Source: an uncultured Gemmatimonadaceae bacterium
Lineage (GTDB): Bacteria; Gemmatimonadota; Gemmatimonadetes; Gemmatimonadales; Gemmatimonadaceae
DNA length: 64,000 nt
Assembly: GCA_963781585.1 (NCBI GenBank)
Contig: CAWAGQ010000004.1
Location: 192,001-256,000, forward strand
Direction of reading: 5' to 3'
The notes under the pieces were generated by a model that ran no database searches, was not told the origin of the DNA, and saw nothing but the letters and a program-made list of their open reading frames with translations. Each line of letters opens with the position of its first letter. Within the stretch, counting starts at the first letter, position 1. Shown here piece after piece: positions 58,365 through 64,000 of the stretch. Made by a program: the position numbers and the translations under genes.

Positions 58365-59279
58365 CTACTTCGGCCACTTCGCCCAGAGGCCGCAGAACCC
58401 TGCCTTGTCCGTTCCCTGCAGCGCGTGCACGGCTCCGTTGTACAACGGGTTCATCACTGCCAGCGGTGCCCAATGCGGCTTTCCGTTGGCGACAGTCACG
58501 AACAGCTTGCCGTAGTGCTCGAGGTCGAGCGCGTGACCGGTTTCGTGCAGCGCGACCGCCTCCACGTCGATCAGGGGCCAGAGCGCATCGATCGCCCACG
58601 GCCAGTCGCTGTTGTAATAGGTCTCGGCGAAGAACTCGTCGAACTTGCCGTCGCGGTTGTCGTCCGAGAGGAAGTAGAACGTGAACGTGATCCCCAACCA
58701 ATCTCCCGCGACAATGCTCCCCGGCAACCACCCCGCGTGCGTGAAGTCCGCCGCTGGCGCTGGCGAGCCGCCCATTCCCAGGAGATACCGCACGACCCCG
58801 AGCTCGACGCCCGGCTGGTTGGGCATTCGGGTGATCGGAATGTGTCCGCACGCAAGGCTGTTCCAGGTTCCGACCGCCCGGTCAATGGCCGCGGTTGTCG
58901 CACCCGTCGACGGCCCGCCCGGCGCGCCGTCAACCTGGTCTACCGCATAGGTGAGATATGCGCGCCCACCGCGGCGGGGATCGCCGCTCATCCACCGAAA
59001 CGCGGCCGATTTCCCACCAACCAGCTTGAACAGTACACTGCGCCCCGATGAGTTCGCGCCGACCCACTGAGCCCGTCCCATTCGGTACGCCGCGCCCGAC
59101 GCCGCGAGCTTGTCGTTGACCCGGACCATGATCGTCTGCAGGTCGACGTCCATTTGATCTGTGGCGACAACCGACGCCGATCCGCCGCCACGCGGTGGCC
59201 CGGAGGGATCCACGCAGCCGGACTGAAGCATGGCCACGCAGCACGCAACAGCGAGGGGGCGCAGTGGCGATCTGGACAT
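58365..59279 (-). CDS. Matrixin (M10-like metzincin) lipoprotein
   Basis: HETGHALDLEH zinc motif, AVMNP Met-turn, QSGC lipobox-like. Confidence 0.88.
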   Translation of the reverse strand: MSRSPLRPLAVACCVAMLQSGCVDPSGPPRGGGSASVVATDQMDVDLQTIMVRVNDKLAASGAAYRMGRAQWVGANSSGRSVLFKLVGGKSAAFRWMSGDPRRGGRAYLTYAVDQVDGAPGGPSTGATTAAIDRAVGTWNSLACGHIPITRMPNQPGVELGVVRYLLGMGGSPAPAADFTHAGWLPGSIVAGDWLGITFTFYFLSDDNRDGKFDEFFAETYYNSDWPWAIDALWPLIDVEAVALHETGHALDLEHYGKLFVTVANGKPHWAPLAVMNPLYNGAVHALQGTDKAGFCGLWAKWPK

Positions 59280-59432
59280 GAGGTCTCCCGTTAGGCCGTG
59301 GACCGGCGCGTGCGCGCTGTCGTCCCGACAGCGGGGGGATGGGACGCGCGGCGAACAGGTGAAGGAAGCGGCGCGCCCAACCTGCAATGCACTGCATCCG
59401 CCGTCAACGGTGAAGCCCCTCACACGATCGCG

Positions 59433-59849
59433 CTACCCCGCGTCCAGAAACCGCGCCCGGTTCTCGGCGGGCGGGAGGGGACAAGCCTTGAGTCTTCCGA
59501 AGAGCGCGGTCCGATGGCGCGCGACCGCGTCATATGCGGCGTCGCGCCAGGCGTGCGGGATCACTGCCGCGAGGTGCGCGAGCAGGCGCCACGGCTGCCC
59601 CGCGCCGAGCCCGATGGCCAGCACGCCGTCGGAGCGCGTCACAACGGCCTCACGTGCCGTATTGAAGTCACGGACGACGATTACCGAGTCGATCCCGCGC
59701 AAGCCCGGATGGCGAGCGAGCACGGCCTTCGCGATTCCACTGTCCAGTGCGGCGAACGCGAACACCTGACGTCTGTCGCGACGGAGGGCCCAGCGCACGG
59801 ACGCGTTGCAAAGCGCACAGAGATTGTCGTAGAGCACGAGGTTCTGCAC
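59433..59849 (-). CDS. DCC1-like (DUF393) thiol-disulfide oxidoreductase
   Basis: YD..CALCN, DS, RSD, RDAAYDAVARHR..LFG...C. Confidence 0.9.
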   Translation of the reverse strand: MQNLVLYDNLCALCNASVRWALRRDRRQVFAFAALDSGIAKAVLARHPGLRGIDSVIVVRDFNTAREAVVTRSDGVLAIGLGAGQPWRLLAHLAAVIPHAWRDAAYDAVARHRTALFGRLKACPLPPAENRARFLDAG

Positions 59850-60029
59850 CCGGCGAATCCGGTTAAGCGGCTCTAACTAGTATAGTTGTGCGCAGAGCGC
59901 GGGAGGGTGTGCCGGAGCACATGGCAGTTGTGCAGGTATTTGCCTTCACGCATACTGTTGCGTCGAGACCATGAGTCGATCGGGCGTGCCGAGGTGCGGC
60001 CCGTCCCTCCTCGGAGTACGGGAGTGGCA

Positions 60030-60416
60030 GTGGGGACTCTGGCGTTCCGCGATGGCGTAATGGACCAGATCAGAGTGCGCGAGTCTCGCTTCGACGAGTC
60101 CGCGTACGTGTTCGTGCTGATGGCCCTGGAGTTCCTGCAGTCCCGACTGCCGGAGCGCCGACACGTCGACGGCCGTGAGCTGGCGCGTGCCGTGCGTGAC
60201 CTCGCGCTCGAACAGTACGGCGTGATGTCGCGCCTCGTACTCGAGCACTGGGGTCTGCGTTCCACGTCGGACGTTGGGGACGTGGTGTTCGCACTGGTCG
60301 ACGCCGGACTGCTCATGAGTCAGCCGTCCGATACCCGGAGGGATTTCGTCGACGTATACGATTTCGACCAGGCGTTCGGCGCCTCCTATCCGTGGAGTGC
60401 CGGACACCTTGGCTGA
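60030..60416 (+). CDS. Minf_1886-like conserved protein
   Basis: AY.FV..AL, RHV.GREL, A...YG, VL..WG..ST.D.G..VF.LV, DF..VYDF..AF. Confidence 0.75.
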   Translation: MGTLAFRDGVMDQIRVRESRFDESAYVFVLMALEFLQSRLPERRHVDGRELARAVRDLALEQYGVMSRLVLEHWGLRSTSDVGDVVFALVDAGLLMSQPSDTRRDFVDVYDFDQAFGASYPWSAGHLG

Positions 60417-60474
60417 CGCCGCGCGGTCCGCACCGCGCAACGGCACAACGGGCGATTCTCGCGAGGAGGCGATC

Positions 60475-60672
60475 GTGGTGCAGGTGACGGAATTGCCGAA
60501 CTGTCGCAAATGCGGAAATGGTCAGCTGCTTCCTCTGAGCGACTACGGTCGTGACGGGGCACCGATCACGTTCAAGGCGTGGGTGTGCAGCAACCCGGAC
60601 TGCGGGTTCAACATCCGGATCGACAACGGCGAGATCAGCTTCGGTCGCGCGCTCGGCCAGTCACACAAGTAA
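60475..60672 (+). CDS. Small zinc-ribbon protein
   Basis: GAGGAGG RBS; CRKC...LLPLSDYG...KAWVCSNPDC. Confidence 0.8.
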   Translation: MVQVTELPNCRKCGNGQLLPLSDYGRDGAPITFKAWVCSNPDCGFNIRIDNGEISFGRALGQSHK

Positions 60673-60705
60673 TCGGAGCCGCTCGCCGCGGGCCCGAGGA
60701 GTCCG

Positions 60706-62244
60706 ATGAGCGTGCGCGTGGTTACCGCAGCCCAGTCTGCCTCACGGGACGCGGCCGCGATCGAGGCCGGCACGCCGTCGCGGAGCCTCATGGAGAACGC
60801 CGGCGCCGCTGCTGCCGGCGTCATCAGACGGCGATTCGGACCGCACCTCGGCGATGGCGTAGCGATCTTCGCCGGCCCCGGCAACAATGGCGGCGACGCC
60901 TGGGTGGTGGCCCGGCACCTGGCGGCATCCGGTTGTGCCGTACGCGTGGTAGAGGCCGGCGAGAGCCGTACCGGCGATGCCGCCGCGGCCCGCCAGGCGG
61001 CGCTGGGCCATGTCTCGTTAGGCGATCCCACAGGACGCGAACGCGTGGTGGTCGATGGGCTCCTCGGGACGGGGTCGCGCGGTGCGCCGAGGGGGCCGGT
61101 TGCCGGCGCGGTGGACCGCGTGCGCCGCCTGCGCGCCGATGGCGCTGCCGTGGTGGCACTGGACGTTCCCACCGGCATCGACGCGTCGAACGGCGCCGCG
61201 GCCGGAAACGTCGATGCCGACGTGACCGTGACGTTCGGCGCGATCAAGCGCGGGCACCTCGTGGCGCGCGGCCAATGCGGCGCCGTGGTCGTGGTCGACA
61301 TCGGACTTGGTGACTGCGCGGAGCTCGACGACGGCGCTCCCCGGTTGATCGACGAGGCCTGGGTCGCCGGGCGTATCCCGCCGATTCCGGCTGAGGCACA
61401 CAAGGGAGTTCGGCGGCGCATTGCCATCGCAGGGGGTGGCGCGGGCATGGCCGGCGCCTGCATCCTCGCCGCGCGGGCCGCCATGCGAAGCGGCGTCGGG
61501 ATGGTGCGACTGGTCGTCGAGAAGGCGTCCCTCGCTGCCGTGCAGAGCGCGGCGGTCGAGGCCACCGCCGCCACCTGGCCGATGGCCGATGCCGGATTCG
61601 GGAGCCAGGTCGCCGACTATGCCCACGCCGTGCTTGCGGGTCCCGGCCTGGGTCATGCGGCCGCGCAGCGTGCCTTCCTGGAGCAACTGCTCACCGCATG
61701 GCGCGGCCCGACGGTGCTCGACGCGGACGCGCTCAACATCTTCGCCGGCGAGGTGCCCGCGCTGGCGCGCCTCCTCGGCGGCCGGCCCACCATCATCACA
61801 CCGCACCCGGGCGAGCTGGGACGCCTGATCGGACTTTCCACGGACGAGGTGGTGACCCAACGATTCGAGGTGGGGAAGGAAATCGCACGCGACCTGCGCG
61901 CCGTGGTACTGCTGAAAGGCGTGCCGACGGTGGTGTTCGCCCCGGATGGCGAGATCCTCGTGAGCGCGGCGGGAACACCGGCGCTGGCCGCGGCCGGGAG
62001 CGGGGACGTGCTTGGCGGCATCGTGACGACCCTGCTGGCGCAGAGCGGCGAGGCGTTCATCAGCGCTGCGTGCGCGGCATGGGCGCACGGGCGCGCGGCT
62101 GAACTGGCCAACGCCGGACGCCCTGTGCGCGGCGTCGTCCTCGACGACGTCGTTGGCGCGCTGGCGGACGTCTGGCGCTTCGATGGGGCGCGGCCCGAAC
62201 CGCCGGTGATGGCCGAGCTGCCGCGGGTGGGCGATGGGCCGTGA
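60706..62244 (+). CDS. nnr: Bifunctional NAD(P)H-hydrate epimerase/dehydratase
   Basis: LMENAG, GPGNNGGD, D.PTG, GPGLG, DADAL, TPHPGE, GSGDVL. Confidence 0.93.
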   Translation: MSVRVVTAAQSASRDAAAIEAGTPSRSLMENAGAAAAGVIRRRFGPHLGDGVAIFAGPGNNGGDAWVVARHLAASGCAVRVVEAGESRTGDAAAARQAALGHVSLGDPTGRERVVVDGLLGTGSRGAPRGPVAGAVDRVRRLRADGAAVVALDVPTGIDASNGAAAGNVDADVTVTFGAIKRGHLVARGQCGAVVVVDIGLGDCAELDDGAPRLIDEAWVAGRIPPIPAEAHKGVRRRIAIAGGGAGMAGACILAARAAMRSGVGMVRLVVEKASLAAVQSAAVEATAATWPMADAGFGSQVADYAHAVLAGPGLGHAAAQRAFLEQLLTAWRGPTVLDADALNIFAGEVPALARLLGGRPTIITPHPGELGRLIGLSTDEVVTQRFEVGKEIARDLRAVVLLKGVPTVVFAPDGEILVSAAGTPALAAAGSGDVLGGIVTTLLAQSGEAFISAACAAWAHGRAAELANAGRPVRGVVLDDVVGALADVWRFDGARPEPPVMAELPRVGDGP

Positions 62245-62281
62245 CAGCGGGCCCGGGGCACCTGACCGGGAGTCGTTAGGC

Positions 62282-63244
62282 ATGACCGATCGAACGCCGG
62301 TGGCATCGGGGAACGTCCCGATGGGCCCGGGCCGCGAATTCGACCTCATTCGCGAGCTGGCCGCGCGGTGGGGCGAACGCGCCCGTGGCATCGGCGACGA
62401 CGCCGCGGTACTGGACGTTCCCCCCGGCAGTCACCTTGTGGCGAGCACCGACACGTCGGTGGAAGGCGTGCATTTTCGCCGCGTCTGGCTCACTCCGCGC
62501 GAAATCGGCTATCGCTGCTGCGCGGCTGCCCTGAGCGACCTGGCCGCGATGGCCGCGGCGCCGCTGGGCATGCTCGTGGCGCTGACCGTATCCCCCGACT
62601 GGCTCGCCCACGCCGGGTCCCTCGCCGATGGGATGGGAGATGCGGCGGCCGCCGAGCGGTGTCCGATCGTTGGCGGCGACGTCACCGCTGGCGATCGCCT
62701 GAGCCTGACGGTCACGGTGCTCGGCCACGCATCCAGGCCGGTCGGGCGACGTGGAGCGCGTCCCGGCGACGCGCTATTCGTCACCGGGCGCCTGGGTGGA
62801 CCAGGAGCGGCGCTGGCCGCGCTGCGAGCCGGTCAGAGCCCGTCGCCGCCGCACCGCGAGCGCTTCGCGCATCCGGTGCCGCGCATTGGCGAAGCGCGCT
62901 GGCTGGCTGAGCGCGGCGCCACGGCGATGATCGACATCTCCGACGGACTGTCGTCGGAGTTGCGTCATCTGGCGGCCGCCGGAGTGGTCGCCCTGGACAT
63001 CGACCTCGACACCATGCCCGTCGTGGACGACGTGCTGACGCGCGATGCGGCCGTGAGTGGCGAGGAGTACGAGCTGCTCTGTGCGGCTCCGCCGGACATC
63101 GACACCGCGGCGTTCGGCCGGACATTCGGTATCCCGCTTACGATGGTGGGTCGTGTGGCGGCCGACCGTGGGCCCGAGGTTCGCGTGACGCAGGGAGGTC
63201 GTCGCGTTGACCTCCCGGGGGGGTACGATCAGCTTTCGGGGTAA
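62282..63244 (+). CDS. thiL: Thiamine-phosphate kinase
   Basis: EFDLI, IGDDAAV, EGVHF, SDLAAM, IDISDGL, GEEYEL. Confidence 0.94.
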   Translation: MTDRTPVASGNVPMGPGREFDLIRELAARWGERARGIGDDAAVLDVPPGSHLVASTDTSVEGVHFRRVWLTPREIGYRCCAAALSDLAAMAAAPLGMLVALTVSPDWLAHAGSLADGMGDAAAAERCPIVGGDVTAGDRLSLTVTVLGHASRPVGRRGARPGDALFVTGRLGGPGAALAALRAGQSPSPPHRERFAHPVPRIGEARWLAERGATAMIDISDGLSSELRHLAAAGVVALDIDLDTMPVVDDVLTRDAAVSGEEYELLCAAPPDIDTAAFGRTFGIPLTMVGRVAADRGPEVRVTQGGRRVDLPGGYDQLSG

Positions 63245-64000
63245 TGCGAACGGTCCTGGTGGTGCTCGCGCTGATCGTACTCACGCCACTGCTTGGATCG
63301 CTCGTGATCGTGGCGGCGTTGCTGGGGGTGAAGGATCGCGAGGGGGGCGTATTCGAGTGGGCGCCGCGCCTGTGGTCGAAGTCGCTGCTGGCCATGGCGG
63401 GAGTGCGGGTGGTCCTGCACGATGCGCACCGCATGGATCGCTCCGAACCGCGCATCTACGTCTCGAACCACGTCAGCTGGTTCGACGTGCTGACGCTGGC
63501 CGCCGTGCTGCCGCGGTACAAGTTCGTGGGAAAGGCGGAGCTCTTCCGCATTCCGCTCTTTGGGGCCGCGGCGCGGGCCACCGGGATGGTCCCCATCGAG
63601 CGGGCGAATCGGAAGGCGGCCTTTCACTCGTACGAGGTGGCGGCCTCCCGCATCCGGGGAGGGGCGTCGGTTGTCGTGTTTCCCGAGGGAACGCGCGGCC
63701 GCACGTACGCGCTGCGGCCATTCAAGAAGGGCCCGTTCGTTCTCGCCGCTTCGGCACAGGCGCCGATCATTCCGACCGTGGTGCACGGGACCATTCACGT
63801 GCTTCCCCGTGGTTCATTGCGCGCGCGCGCCGGGACCATCCACGTGCGGTTTCTCGAGCCCATTGCAACCAGCGGCATGACGTACGACGACCGCGATCGT
63901 CTGTCGGTCGAATGCTGGGACCGGATGGCGGAAGCGCTTCGCCGCGAGTACGGTGTGGACAGCGTGTCGCCTCACGAAGAGAATGATCAGGAGAACGGGA
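63244..64000 (+). CDS. plsC: 1-acyl-sn-glycerol-3-phosphate acyltransferase (runs off the window)
   Basis: ATG 63244 overlapping the thiL stop; NHVSWFD (HX4D), FPEGTR, PFKKG. Confidence 0.9.
   Translation, partial: MRTVLVVLALIVLTPLLGSLVIVAALLGVKDREGGVFEWAPRLWSKSLLAMAGVRVVLHDAHRMDRSEPRIYVSNHVSWFDVLTLAAVLPRYKFVGKAELFRIPLFGAAARATGMVPIERANRKAAFHSYEVAASRIRGGASVVVFPEGTRGRTYALRPFKKGPFVLAASAQAPIIPTVVHGTIHVLPRGSLRARAGTIHVRFLEPIATSGMTYDDRDRLSVECWDRMAEALRREYGVDSVSPHEENDQENG

Noticed and set aside
55057..58851. 1264-aa ORF extension
   Set aside because: The N-terminal extension overlaps the matrixin gene; the signal peptide begins at ATG 58125
1..64000. CRISPR arrays, rRNA, prophage, intact transposases, known defence systems
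   Set aside because: No regularly spaced repeats or diagnostic genes were seen

Overview
High-GC (roughly two-thirds G+C by eye) bacterial chromosomal window. Gene content and style suggest Gemmatimonadota (inference). It is mostly housekeeping: JAB-DinG helicase, lexA-like gene, gltX, two tRNA-Ser genes, a valS-selA-gmhB-purN-purH operon, thrS, a thiolase/hbd/acyl-CoA DH/leucine DH cluster, rpiB-glyA, and nnr-thiL-plsC, plus many exported or outer-membrane proteins. I found no CRISPR array, rRNA, prophage or intact transposase. Main signals: (1) The non-palindromic octamer CGTTAGGC/GCCTAACG occurs at least 19 times, mostly inside core genes where it is built from otherwise rare codons, with a strand skew (Chi-like or uptake-like candidate). 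(2) A ZU5-like lipoprotein ending in an HY|S autoproteolysis-type motif sits directly upstream of a cytoplasmic TPR-HD-GYP protein, a candidate peptide-signalling pair. (3) A LexA-like repressor lacks both catalytic residues. (4) A PEP-CTERM, HpsJ-like and DUF2723 gene cluster. (5) A ~2 kb islet bounded by a 187-bp diverged duplication of an S9 peptidase 3' end. All calls come from reading the sequence; no searches were run.
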